Shown piece after piece: positions 28,540-38,234 of a stretch of 64,000 nucleotides of DNA. Each line of letters starts with the position of its first letter. Positions within the stretch are counted from its first letter, which is position 1. The position numbers were made by a program, and so were the translations under genes. Source of the DNA: Chloroflexota bacterium (GTDB taxonomy: Bacteria > Chloroflexota > UBA11872 > UBA12225); assembly GCA_034437795.1 (NCBI GenBank), contig DAOTTI010000189.1, forward strand, positions 16,479-80,478, written 5' to 3'. Under the pieces are notes generated by a model that had not been told where the DNA came from, made no database searches, and was given only the letters and a program-made list of their open reading frames with translations.

Positions 28540-29133
28540 ATGACGGACGCGGTGCCCGACGCGCGGTGGGAGCGGGTCACCGTGCGGGAGAGCGGGGAGC
28601 AGGGGGCGCGGGGGGCGCGCGCGTCCCAGCGGCTGGTCTGCCGCGTGCGGGTCCACCGGGCGCAGGGGGATGTGGTCCTGGAGGCGAATTCCAGCACCTC
28701 TTCCAGCACGTCTTCCAGCGCGGGTCCACCGGGCGCAGGGGGATGTGGCCGGCCCCCGGACCGGCCCCCAAGGCTGGCGCCGCGCCACGCCGGCGGGCCA
28801 CCGGTGGTGTACGACGCGGCGACGCGCGAGCGCATCCTGCGCAAGTTCCGGCGCCCGCCGGATCGGGAGTGCGAGGGGACCGCCCCCTGGTCGCTGACGA
28901 CGCTGCCGCGGGCGCTGCGTCGCGCGCCGGACGGCCTGCCCATGGTCAGCACGTGGACCATCCTCCAGACGCTGTGGGAGGCGGGGTACACCTGGCAGGC
29001 GCGTCGCACCTGGTGCCACACCGGCCTCGTCCTTCGCAAGCGCCAGGCGGGCGTGGGCGCGGTGACCGCCCCCATGGCCCCCGGCGCGCTCGGCGCCCCT
29101 CCGTCGAGGAACGGCTCTGCGCATGACAAGTGA
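28540..29133 (+). mobile_element. IS630/Tc1-mariner-like transposase N-terminal (HTH) fragment. No DDE domain follows.
   Basis: [57 protein letters not shown] resembles the IS630 Tnp DNA-binding region. Confidence 0.45.
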
Positions 29134-29137
29134 CCCA

Positions 29138-29222
29138 CGAGTGCACGATCCGGCCAGCGGTTTGGCATTACCTTCCGTAGGTACGGGAGCTCACATCGTC
29201 GAAGAGGTCGTCTGAAACAGCA
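29138..29222 (+). repeat. Copy B (degenerate, lacks the terminal inverted repeat) of the ~90-nt repeat family.
   Basis: ~70% identity to copy A over 85 nt, with a shared 3' block gaagaggtcgtctgaaacagca. Confidence 0.55.
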
Positions 29223-29360
29223 AAGGCCCGACCGGGGCGGGGACGGTGTCGCTTGGACCGACGACTGGCTGGCGCAGGCGCGGGACGTGAGCCGGGCGAC
29301 CGTCGAGCGGGGTCGACGGCAGGACCGGCAGTGTGTGACCGTGGGTGGGACGCGGGGCTG

Positions 29361-29512
29361 ACGCGCGCCCGCGCCCGCTGCCACGCCCACGCATGTGCGA
29401 TCGAGCGGCACTATGCCGGCGCCTTCCCCGTCTGGCTGGCGCCACGTCTACGCACGTGCGATGGAGCGATCTCGTGCAGCACGGAGGCGTGCGTGCTCGG
29501 GCCACGCCCACG
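29361..29512 (+). repeat. Three degenerate ~28-nt direct repeats (gccacgcccacgcatgtgcgatcgagcg) at an exact 61-nt period, with unrelated ~33-nt spacers. CRISPR-like architecture, but with no cas genes and non-identical repeats.
   Basis: Repeat starts at 29361, 29422 and 29483. The spacers share no similarity. Confidence 0.5.
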
Positions 29513-29653
29513 CATGCGCGACGGGGCTGGGAAGGCTCACCTGATGGCCACCGTGGGGCGCGCGCCGCCGGCAGGGCACCCGCGGCGGACGTGGCGCCGG
29601 CTGGCCAGCACGCTCGTCGCTGTGGCGCCGCTGGCGCCGGCGGATGCCAGCTG

Positions 29654-29743
29654 ACCCTAGTGCTGTCGCAGGCAACCTCTTCGGGAATGCCAGCCCGCGC
29701 ACAAGGGAAAGCCATGCCAGGTCGCTGGCCTGATGGTGCACTA
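29654..29743 (-). repeat. Copy C of the ~90-nt repeat family (9-bp terminal inverted repeat ccctagtgc...gcactaggg), inverted relative to copy B.
   Basis: Reverse complement aligns to copy A at ~85%. Confidence 0.6.
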
Positions 29744-30296
29744 GCGCGTGCGCCAGAGGCTGAAAGCCAGTCGGAGCCAAACGCGCTCCAGCCGTGGCTG
29801 AAGCAAGGCTGAGGCATCCCGCCCAGGGTGCACGCGCTGTTCGTCTCGCCGTTCGTCCGCCATAAAGCGGACGTCCTCCACGTCTCCACCTGCCCGTACG
29901 CCCGCACGACCCCAAGCGGCCGCAGGGCGGCCTGAATGAGCAGGCATCGGCCGATATAGCCTGCGCACGGGACGCGTCGTACGACCCCAAGCGGGCGCAG
30001 GGCAGCCTGGATGAGGCCAGCAAACGGGCCCGGAGGGCCAGGAGGGAAGGTCCCTCTCTGCGTCCTCGTGTCGCCACGTCCCCCGTCTAGCCGCGTCGCG
30101 GTGTCCCCACGCCCCCGTGTGGCCGCGTCCCCGTATGGTCGCGCCTCCGTGTCTCCGAGCCGCCGCGTCTCTGCGTCTCCGCGTCCCCGCGTCCGACCGC
30201 GAGACCGAAGGCGGTGAGGTCCGCCGTAGCGGCTGATCGGGAGGTGTTGCGCGCGCCCGCCGCCGCGGGGGCCAGGAGCGCGGCGGTGCCCGGGAG

Positions 30297-32612
30297 CTAG
30301 CGGCGCTGGAGCGTCACGGCCCGTGCCCCCCAGCCGGCGTCGATGCGGTAGAGCGCGCCGTCGAGGCCAGGCGCCTCGATGGTCAGCGACGGCGCCTCAC
30401 CAGCTCTCCAGGGGCGCCAGCGGCAGGCGACCGGCGCCACCCACTCATCTCCGGCGACGTTCGCGACCAGGCGGACGCACGTCCGCTGCACGAGGCCCCC
30501 AATCGGGAACGCCCGCGGCGTAGTAAGAAGGGGCCGGCACAGGATGGCGTACCAGGCGCTCATGTCCGTCGCGTTCCGGGAGGGGAAGGTCCGCACCGTC
30601 CAGGGCTCGCCCGACTGGTCGGACTCGTCGACGAACTGCACGCCGAGCAGGTCGTCGACCACCAGCCAGGGGCTCCGATTGGCCCGTAAGCGCGCGTCCG
30701 CCGGCTGCCCGGCCACGAGCCAGGCCTCGCCGCCGGCAAAGCGCAGGCGGCGCCGGTAGCCGTTGAACAGGTCGTTGCCCAGGTTCAGGCGCAGCCCCTC
30801 CTGGTGCAGCAGGGTCAGCGCCCACCGGCAGCGCACCTCGTCGGCGTAGAGCGCGCTCCGCCCGTCGGGGAGGGCGACGTAGAGCACGTGCTGCGCCAGC
30901 GCGCCGCCGGCGTGGCGCACCGTGCCCAGGGTGGCAAAGCCGCCGTGGAACGTCGTCGTGCGCTGCCAGACGACGGCGCGCGTGGCCGGCGCATCCAGCA
31001 CGACGAACGCCGGCGCCAGGTTACCGTTCCACTCCGCCAGGTGGTCGCCGTGGCGGGGGATGAACAGCCCCTGCGCCACATCCGGGTACGCATTCCAGGA
31101 CCAGGAGACGAAGCGCCCAGGATCGCGGCGGAAGACCAGCCCCGCATCCGGCTCCTCAACGGTGCCCGTGATGGGCGGCGCCACGTCGCCAGACACTGGC
31201 GCTGGTTCCGGCGCCTCCTGCGCGACGGGTCGCGGCCCTGGGACGGCGTGAGGGGCAGCCTGGGGCCAGCGATCTCGGACCGTCCCGGCCTGGTGCAGGC
31301 GCTGTGCGAGCAGCAGGTAGAACGGCGGGTCAGCTTCAGCGCGGTAGTAGAGGACGCGCGAGCGGTCACCAGCGCGCCGTAGTGGATGGGGGGTGTCTTC
31401 TAGGAGCGCGCCCATCCGCTCGCGCACGAAGGAGCCATCGCCGTTGTGTCGCTGCTCGTACAGGAGCACGGCGGCAAGCTGCTGCTCGAAGCTCGCGGCG
31501 ATCCGGTCGCCGTCGTGCCGCTGCAGCCAGGCCAGCACCGGCAGGAGGTAGGTGAGCCCCCAGCCGTAGCGGTGGTGATCCTGGCCGGCCGGATACGCCA
31601 GGCGCCCCTGCCAGAGGAGAAGGCGCTGCAGCAGGCGCCATTCGTCTAGCAGGTGATGGGTGGTGCACTCGGGCGGGGGCAGTCCACGGCGCTCGAACGC
31701 ATCGGCCGCCAGCACCATGAACTCCATCGTCCGCGCGGCATAGCAGGGGTGAAAGAAGCCGTGGTGCTCCAGGGCAAAGTGAGGGTGCACATTGGCGCCG
31801 ACGAACCACTCCCGCACCGGCCGGCCATCGACGACGGCGTCCGATGCGGCGTCCTGTGGCACGCTGAGGGCGTTCATAAAGTGGCGCTTCATCGAGTCGT
31901 CCCAGCGCGGGGCACGGGGATGGTCCGGCAGCGTCAGGCGCGCTGCCGCCAGCAGGGCGCCGCGCCAGGCGTTGCTCTCCGGCCAGGAGGTGCCAAAGCG
32001 TCCGGTGGGGATCGGGGGCACTTGGCGGAAGTAGCCGTGGTGCTCCAGGACGGTGCAGCGCTGGTCGGCCAGGTTGGCGTCCGCCTCGTAGGCCAGCACG
32101 CGCCTTACGGCGGCCGCGTCAGGCTCGGGCAGGGCCTCTCCCAGGGCATCCGCGACCAGGAACAGAAAGAAGGCCGGCACGGGGCTCCAGCCATCGCCAC
32201 CCCATTGCCGGCGAGCATTTCCGCCCCAGGGAGGAGCCGGCCGGCCGGAATGGTTGACGGCTCCCGAGGCGCCGGGCACGCAGCCGGCCTCACCGGTGAC
32301 GTGGGTCGCGGCCAGGTAGCGCAGTCCGGCCAGCGCCCGATCGAGCAGGCCGGCACGGGTCAAGCCGCTGCCGGCGACGTTGTCGGTGTTGTCGGCGTCC
32401 GGTTCAGCATGGCAAGCCAGGGTAGCGCAGATAAAGGCGTGCTCGGCCGCGGCCTCCAGGCTCTGGATGGCAACGGTGCCTGTTCCGAAGTAGCCCAGGG
32501 CCGGCTGCTGGGGATGGCGGTGCCAGTGGCGCTCGGCATAGCCGAGCCAGGCGCCTGCTGCCTGAACGTGGGGGCTCAGTCCGTGGCTGGCCGCACTGGA
32601 CGGCGGGGACAT
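30297..32612 (-). CDS. Large (~770-820 aa) putative polysaccharide lyase / heparinase II/III-like protein (alpha/alpha-toroid plus beta-sandwich). Function tentative.
   Basis: Long ORF on the strand opposite a spurious 819 aa ORF. Internal His/Tyr/Asn-rich block NVHPHFALEHHGFFHP. Start is uncertain (ORF to 32759; MSPPSS at 32612 avoids overlap with the divergent SBP). Confidence 0.45.
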   Translation of the reverse strand: MSPPSSAASHGLSPHVQAAGAWLGYAERHWHRHPQQPALGYFGTGTVAIQSLEAAAEHAFICATLACHAEPDADNTDNVAGSGLTRAGLLDRALAGLRYLAATHVTGEAGCVPGASGAVNHSGRPAPPWGGNARRQWGGDGWSPVPAFFLFLVADALGEALPEPDAAAVRRVLAYEADANLADQRCTVLEHHGYFRQVPPIPTGRFGTSWPESNAWRGALLAAARLTLPDHPRAPRWDDSMKRHFMNALSVPQDAASDAVVDGRPVREWFVGANVHPHFALEHHGFFHPCYAARTMEFMVLAADAFERRGLPPPECTTHHLLDEWRLLQRLLLWQGRLAYPAGQDHHRYGWGLTYLLPVLAWLQRHDGDRIAASFEQQLAAVLLYEQRHNGDGSFVRERMGALLEDTPHPLRRAGDRSRVLYYRAEADPPFYLLLAQRLHQAGTVRDRWPQAAPHAVPGPRPVAQEAPEPAPVSGDVAPPITGTVEEPDAGLVFRRDPGRFVSWSWNAYPDVAQGLFIPRHGDHLAEWNGNLAPAFVVLDAPATRAVVWQRTTTFHGGFATLGTVRHAGGALAQHVLYVALPDGRSALYADEVRCRWALTLLHQEGLRLNLGNDLFNGYRRRLRFAGGEAWLVAGQPADARLRANRSPWLVVDDLLGVQFVDESDQSGEPWTVRTFPSRNATDMSAWYAILCRPLLTTPRAFPIGGLVQRTCVRLVANVAGDEWVAPVACRWRPWRAGEAPSLTIEAPGLDGALYRIDAGWGARAVTLQRR

Positions 32613-32702
32613 GGCGGGATGGATGATGCCAGGCTGCGTCTGGCCGTGGCATTGAGGATGGCGTTGAGGGGAGGCTGGTCGGTTTCGGCAAGGGAGGCCA
32701 TC

Positions 32703-34112
32703 ATGGTCGAACGCGCTTCCGCTCCTCACCGTTCCACCGTTGTCGCCGCCATCAGCCACGGCCCAGCGCCCGCCGGAGATCGTGCCGGCTCACGATCGCC
32801 GACCCGGCGCACGCTCTTGCGCCTGTTTGGCGTCACTGCGCCGCTCCAGGCGGCGTTCACCGCCTGTGGCCAGGCCACGTCGCCGGCGACCAGAGGCGGT
32901 CCTGAGGCGGCCGGCAGCGTGACGTGGGCCTACAGCGCCAATCCCCAGTCCACGGGCTTCGACCGGATCGAGGCCGCCTTCCGGCAGAAGTACCCCAAGA
33001 TCACGCTCGAGGTGCTGAACCAGGCCCAGGACTTCTACGACCAGATGCTGGCCATGTTCGCCGCGGGGAACCCGCCCGACGTCTTCCGGCTGAATGACGA
33101 CTTCGTGAAGGCCTGGTACGTCAAGCACCTCCTCGCGCCGCTGGATGGGTACATGAAGGCCAGTGGCGTGAAGAAGGACGACTACTACGATGCGATCATC
33201 AACTTCCCCGTCCAGGAGGGGAAGGTCGTTTCGTGGTTCCTGGGCGCCAACCCGCGCCTGATCTACTACAACGTAGATCTGTTCAGGCGCTTCGGCGTGT
33301 CCCTCCCGCCGAAGAAGTGGGAGAACACCGGGTGGACATTCGACGACTTCGTCGACACAGCTAGAAAGCTCACCCACCCCAACGAACAGCCACCGATCTA
33401 TGGTGCCGCGGCGTACGACGACACCGGCAACGAACAGACCTTCTCCATCAACAACGGCAGTCCGACCGGCATCTACAGCAAGGACGGGCTCAAGTTCACT
33501 CTGGCCGACCCGCCCGGCTACGAGGCCATCCAGTGGATCGCCGACCTCACCCACAAGCACCGTGTCCAGCCCACCCGCCAGGTCGCGAGCGACCACAAGG
33601 GCACTGATGACATGTTCATCAACCAGATGCTGGCGATGCGGTTCACCAGCACCGGGTTCATCAATCGCATCCGGCGCGACGCCCCCAGCATGAACTGGGA
33701 TGTAGCCCCGATCCCGATGCGAGCGGTTCGCCGGAACGAGGGGAGCATTCAGACCTATGCCCTGGTGGTGGGGGCGAAGAACCCCGACAACGGCTGGCAC
33801 CTGCTGCACTTCTTCACCGAGCAGGAGGTGGCCAGGATCTTCATCGACACCGGCTACGTCATCCCCGCCAAGAAGGCCTTCGCCAAGGACTACATCGCGG
33901 CGCAGAAGAAGGCCAGCCCGTCGCTGAACGCTGAGTTGATCGTCGACTCCTTCAATTACCAGACGCAGCCGAACCAGACGCTTGATACCCCAGCGGCGCG
34001 ACGCATCTACCGAGGGAGCAATCTCAACGAGATCTGGGATGGCCTCGTCACCGCCAAGGAGGGGTTGAATCGGGTCCGCGCCGCCGTTGAGGCGGCCATC
34101 GCGCCAAAGTAG
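32703..34112 (+). CDS. ABC transporter substrate-binding protein (family 1) with a Tat-like signal.
   Basis: ATG 32703 (MVERASAPHRS...RRTLLRLFG...AC). MalE-like motifs. The N-terminal 350 aa of ORF 31653..34112 was rejected as antisense read-through. Confidence 0.85.
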   Translation: MVERASAPHRSTVVAAISHGPAPAGDRAGSRSPTRRTLLRLFGVTAPLQAAFTACGQATSPATRGGPEAAGSVTWAYSANPQSTGFDRIEAAFRQKYPKITLEVLNQAQDFYDQMLAMFAAGNPPDVFRLNDDFVKAWYVKHLLAPLDGYMKASGVKKDDYYDAIINFPVQEGKVVSWFLGANPRLIYYNVDLFRRFGVSLPPKKWENTGWTFDDFVDTARKLTHPNEQPPIYGAAAYDDTGNEQTFSINNGSPTGIYSKDGLKFTLADPPGYEAIQWIADLTHKHRVQPTRQVASDHKGTDDMFINQMLAMRFTSTGFINRIRRDAPSMNWDVAPIPMRAVRRNEGSIQTYALVVGAKNPDNGWHLLHFFTEQEVARIFIDTGYVIPAKKAFAKDYIAAQKKASPSLNAELIVDSFNYQTQPNQTLDTPAARRIYRGSNLNEIWDGLVTAKEGLNRVRAAVEAAIAPK

Positions 34113-34439
34113 GGAGTGACACGCCTCAGGCCACGTGTGACGCGCCAGCTAGAACTGGCTACGGGCACTCATGGCAGCGCGTCGATAAGTGCCACGCCGC
34201 GGGCCACGCGGGCCGTGAGGGCGCGGCCCTGGGCGGGGAGCAAGCACCATCCGGCCAAGGACGTGAAGGCGGGCCCGCAGCATGGCCGGGCGTCGTCCCG
34301 GGCGTGGGGACCGGTGCTCCCTTTTGCGCCGGCCGCCCGCACGCGCCGGTGCGCGCCATCGCACCTGCACCCACTCGCCACGCGCAGTAATTCGGAGCAG
34401 GGAAGGCTTGCCGCCTGGCGCGGCGAGCGGGACGACGGC

Positions 34440-35460
34440 CTGTGAGCCTCTCGCGCCCTGTCACGCCGGCGGATTGGGAGCGGCTTCTCGTGGACGCGCA
34501 TTCTCAAGCCTGCGGTCTGGAACGGCACCTGCGGCACCAGTGCTTCTGTGTGAGCATGAGCGAGAGCAGCGACGTATACTGGGTCGGATGTGGTTCGGCG
34601 TACAGGAGGTGGAGACCTGGTGGCGTTGCGGCAGAGCGGCAGGACGGATGGGCCGGGCTTGGTGACCCGAGTGGATCGGGTGTGGAGGCTGGCGCCGTTC
34701 AAGAAGGCGCTGACGAAGCGAGAGCACGACCAGGAATTGCTCGGCCAGTTGGGCGGCGGACGCCCCGGACTGGGTGCCCTCCTATGGGAGGCTGCGGGAG
34801 CTGGTCCTGCCCCATCCCCAGTCGGGCCGGCCGGGGCTGCGGGTCCGGGCGTTGGTCGTCTGGAGCCCTGGTAAGGGGCCGGCTGGACGCCCCATTGCGG
34901 TCGACCCGATCACCCGCCTCGACGCCGCCTTGGGGGACCTCACGGGCAAGCTGGGGCGGCGGCCCTCCACCGTCGCAGCGGCCGAGAAGCGGGTGGCGAG
35001 CCTGCTCCGGATTGTGTCCCATCCCGTGTGTAAGAGGCGCCCTGCTCTCCTGGGGAGCAGCCGAACGTCTATCACTGATCAGGACACGATCCTGCTCTCC
35101 CCGGCGCCACCCCACTCGGGGCTCCCTGACAGTCGGCGTTGGGGAAGGGGGATCGGGGCCGACCCTCACCCGGCAGCGGGAAGCGGGACGAGGGCCAGTT
35201 GGCCGCCACGGCCGAGCGGGACGGCCGGTATGTCTTGGGCACCAACGACGCCGCACTGGGGGTCGAGGCGATGCTCGCCGCGTCCAAGCGCCGCGGTGTG
35301 CCCGAGAGAGGCTACACCACCATCATAGGGCCGCTGGCCATCCGCCCGGTCGATCGACACATGCAGCAACGGCTCCTCGGCCTTGTCTTCTGCACGATGG
35401 TGGCGCTCCTGGTTTACGCCCTCCGGGAGGTGCTGGCCTGCCGCACGGGCTTCCCATGAC
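34440..35460 (+). pseudogene. IS4/IS1634-like DDE transposase remnant, split across three frames.
   Basis: Fragments WRLAPFKKALTKREHDQELLGQLGG and RDGRYVLGTNDAALGVEAMLAASKRRGVPERGYTTI...IRPVDRHMQQRLLGLVFCTMVALLVYALRE resemble the IS4-family Tnp C-terminus. Confidence 0.45.
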
Positions 35461-35647
35461 CGGCCAGGTCCGGCTGGCGCAATTCGCGCCGCTGGCGGTC
35501 CTGGCCCCAGTCTGCCACGATGGGACGGTCCTGCGCCGACGCACCGGGCTTGTCCCGCCCCTCGCGACCATCCTCCCCGTGCTGGGCTGGGCTAACACCG
35601 ACCGCTCTCTCACCGCCCATGCCTAACCAACCACCATGGTGCGAAGG

Positions 35648-37090
35648 CTACACTGAGCGGGCGAGCGCGGGCGCCAGGCGCTTTGCCTGTGCCAGAGTCC
35701 GGTCGGCTAGGTCGGTGAAGCGGCTGTCAGTCATGCCGATGACGATCGATTCCAGCCGGTCGTGGAAGTCGCCGACCCACTTGACGGGGAGCCGGCGCGC
35801 GCCGCGCAGCGCGCCCACGAGCGAACCGGCGGTGGCGCCGGTGCAGTCGGTGTCCCAGCCCCCCATCACGGTGAGGCAGATCGCCGGCTCGAAGGGGTCC
35901 TCGCCGCGCTGCGCCGCGCGTTCGGCGTAGAGCAGCCCCATCACCACCAGGGCGGCGTTGTTGATGGTGTGGATGCGGTGGTAATGGCCGTACGCCTGGT
36001 GAATGCGGTCGGTCGTGCGCTGGAAGTCGCCGTCTTCGGCCACCCACTCCATCGTGCGGCGCACCGCCTCGGCGAAGCGGCACTCGGCGGGGATCTCCGT
36101 CAGGCCGATGCGCAGCGCTTCCTCGACCGTCGGCACGGCAAATGACGCCGCCATTGCCGCTGCGAAGAACATCTCGCCGTAGATCCCGTTCTTGACGTGC
36201 GAGAGCGCCGCGTCGCGGTGCGCCAGCTCGGCGGCGCGCTCCGGCGCCCCGGGACAGGCCCACCCCCACAGGTCGGCGCGGATCTGCGCCCCGATCCACT
36301 CGCGGTACGGGTTGCGGTAGGTCGCCGTTGCCGGCGGGCGCAGCCCATTGACCAGGTTGCGGTACGCCGCGCGCTCCGCCGTATAGACCAGCAGGTACGG
36401 CAGCTTGGACTGCCACGCCCGCCCGACGTCCGCGGTCGTGAAGTCCGGCCCGTAGTCCTCCAGCACGTGCAGCGCCAGCAGCGGATAATCCATGTCGTCG
36501 TCGCGCACCATGCGGTCGAACTCCCCGCGAAACCAGCGGCGCGGGCGCTGGGCCAGGCGCTTCACCTCCACCGGCGCATCCGCCGCCTGCGGGTCGACGC
36601 CGCGCGGGAACGGGTAGGGGATGTAGTCGGCCAGCGGATACGCGCCGACATACTGGAGCGCAGCCCGAATCGCGTCACGACTCCAGCCCTCCACAGGCTT
36701 GCCGAGCAGGCACCCGGCCGCACGGCCGAGCCACGCACCCAGGATGCGGTCGCGCAGCTCCGCTTCGGAGAGCGTGAGGGCCAGGCGCCGCGGCCCGTCC
36801 GGCCGCCGCGCCCGGATCTCGTCCAGCGCGGACGGCTCGGGCGGACCTGCCTGCGCCGGCCGTTGGCCCTCGAGGCGGTCGAGGTCGCGGTACAGCGCCT
36901 CCAGATCGGGCGCGGCGCGCTCGACCGCGGCGCGGGACGCCTCGGGGATCGGCCGGTGGGGCTCGATGGCCGGCAGGCCCAGCGCCGCCCACCGGCGCTC
37001 GAACGCCGAGACGTCGTGCCCCTCCTCGCGGCGCTGCGCGATCTCGTGCGGCAAGTACTCCACCAGCAGCTCGGCGCTCAGCATCGTCAC
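35648..37090 (-). CDS. ADP-ribosylglycohydrolase-family protein (DraG/ARH-like).
   Basis: GAWLGRAAGCLLGKPVEGW N-terminal motif and MGGWDTDCTGATAGSLVGA C-terminal metal-site motif. Confidence 0.8.
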   Translation of the reverse strand: MTMLSAELLVEYLPHEIAQRREEGHDVSAFERRWAALGLPAIEPHRPIPEASRAAVERAAPDLEALYRDLDRLEGQRPAQAGPPEPSALDEIRARRPDGPRRLALTLSEAELRDRILGAWLGRAAGCLLGKPVEGWSRDAIRAALQYVGAYPLADYIPYPFPRGVDPQAADAPVEVKRLAQRPRRWFRGEFDRMVRDDDMDYPLLALHVLEDYGPDFTTADVGRAWQSKLPYLLVYTAERAAYRNLVNGLRPPATATYRNPYREWIGAQIRADLWGWACPGAPERAAELAHRDAALSHVKNGIYGEMFFAAAMAASFAVPTVEEALRIGLTEIPAECRFAEAVRRTMEWVAEDGDFQRTTDRIHQAYGHYHRIHTINNAALVVMGLLYAERAAQRGEDPFEPAICLTVMGGWDTDCTGATAGSLVGALRGARRLPVKWVGDFHDRLESIVIGMTDSRFTDLADRTLAQAKRLAPALARSV

Positions 37091-37155
37091 TCCTTTTCTT
37101 GCCTTTTCCTCGTTCCTTCTTCGTACGACAGGTTCCCTGTTGATCTCACGACCAC

Positions 37156-38196
37156 CTATGCCGTCTCGCGCACGACCAGCTCGTACGGCAGCACGACGCG
37201 CCGCGGCGCGCGCGCGCCTGCTTCACCGGCCGTGAAGCGCTCGAGCAGCAGCTCGGTGGCGGCGTAGCCCATCTCGTACTTCGGCACCGCCACCGTCGTC
37301 AGCGCCGGCGAGGTCACCGCCGCCTCGGGGATGTCATCGTAGCCGATGATCGCCACGTCGGCTGGGACGCGCCAGCCAGCGGCGCGCGCCGCGTGCAGCG
37401 CCCCGATCGCCATCAGGTCGTTGGCGGCGAAGACCGCCGTGGGCGGCGCGTCGAGGGCCAGCAGCTGGCGCATCGCCGCCTGGCCCCCCTCGCGCGTGTA
37501 GTCGCCCTCCACCATCAGCATGGGCTCGGGTGGGATGTCCGCCTCCGCCAGCGCCTGGAGGTAGCCGCTGGCCTTGGCCGGTCGCGCGTCTGAGCCGCCA
37601 CGGGCCTCTCGTCCACCCGAGGCGGACGGCACCGGTGCCCCCGCGATCAGGCCGATCCGCCGGTGGCCAAGCGCGAGTAAGTAGCGCACCGCGTCGTAAC
37701 CGCCATGCGGCGCCACGGTCACCATGTCAAATGCCGGATCATCGACGCGGGACCCGACCAGCACCACGGGGACGGCGGCGCGATGGAGCGCCGCGAGCAG
37801 CAACTCATGAGGGCCGCCGGCGTCGAGGATCACCCCATCGACCCGGCGCTCCTCGAGCGCCGTAAGTAGGCGCACCTCGTTCTCGGGACGCCGGTCGCTA
37901 TTGCAGAGGAAGACCGAGTAGCCGGCCGCGTCGGCGGCATCCTGGACCCCACGCGCCAGCTGCGGATAGTACGGGTTGCAGACATCGGGGATGATCAGGC
38001 CCATGGCGTACGAGCGACGCGTGCGCAGGCTCCGCGCCAGGCCATTGTGCCGGTAGCCGAGGCGCTCGATAGCCTCTTGCACCCGCGCCCGGAGGGCAGG
38101 ACTGACGTAGCGCGTCCCGTTGAGCACGTGGGACACGGTGGAGATGGAGACGCCGGCGGCGCGGCTGACTTCGGTGATCGAGCAGGCGGAAGCCAT
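37156..38196 (-). CDS. LacI-family transcriptional regulator.
   Basis: ATG 38196 (MASACSITEVSRAAGVSISTVSHVLNG HTH) plus a periplasmic-binding-fold effector domain. The upper part of ORF 37156..39405 was rejected. Confidence 0.85.
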   Translation of the reverse strand: MASACSITEVSRAAGVSISTVSHVLNGTRYVSPALRARVQEAIERLGYRHNGLARSLRTRRSYAMGLIIPDVCNPYYPQLARGVQDAADAAGYSVFLCNSDRRPENEVRLLTALEERRVDGVILDAGGPHELLLAALHRAAVPVVLVGSRVDDPAFDMVTVAPHGGYDAVRYLLALGHRRIGLIAGAPVPSASGGREARGGSDARPAKASGYLQALAEADIPPEPMLMVEGDYTREGGQAAMRQLLALDAPPTAVFAANDLMAIGALHAARAAGWRVPADVAIIGYDDIPEAAVTSPALTTVAVPKYEMGYAATELLLERFTAGEAGARAPRRVVLPYELVVRETA

Positions 38197-38234
38197 TGGC
38201 GATGGGGGTGCTGAGCCGACCATCCTACCCAGTG

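Noticed and set aside
29361-29512. Considered calling the 61-nt-period repeat/spacer structure a CRISPR array.
   Set aside because: Only three units. The repeats differ from each other at several positions. There is no cas gene in 64 kb and no recognisable leader. Kept as a repeat with CRISPR-like architecture.
28332-29907. ORFs 28332..29411 (359 aa, minus), 29191..29907 (238 aa, minus) and 29345..29812 (155 aa, plus).
   Set aside because: They run across IS fragments and the 90-nt repeats, and they have Arg/Pro/Ala-rich low-complexity translations. They are artefacts of repeat-rich high-GC DNA.
31653-32700. N-terminal 350 aa of the 819 aa ORF 31653..34112 (plus strand).
   Set aside because: It is antisense to the large minus-strand gene. 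SBP homology and a Tat signal begin only at ATG 32703.
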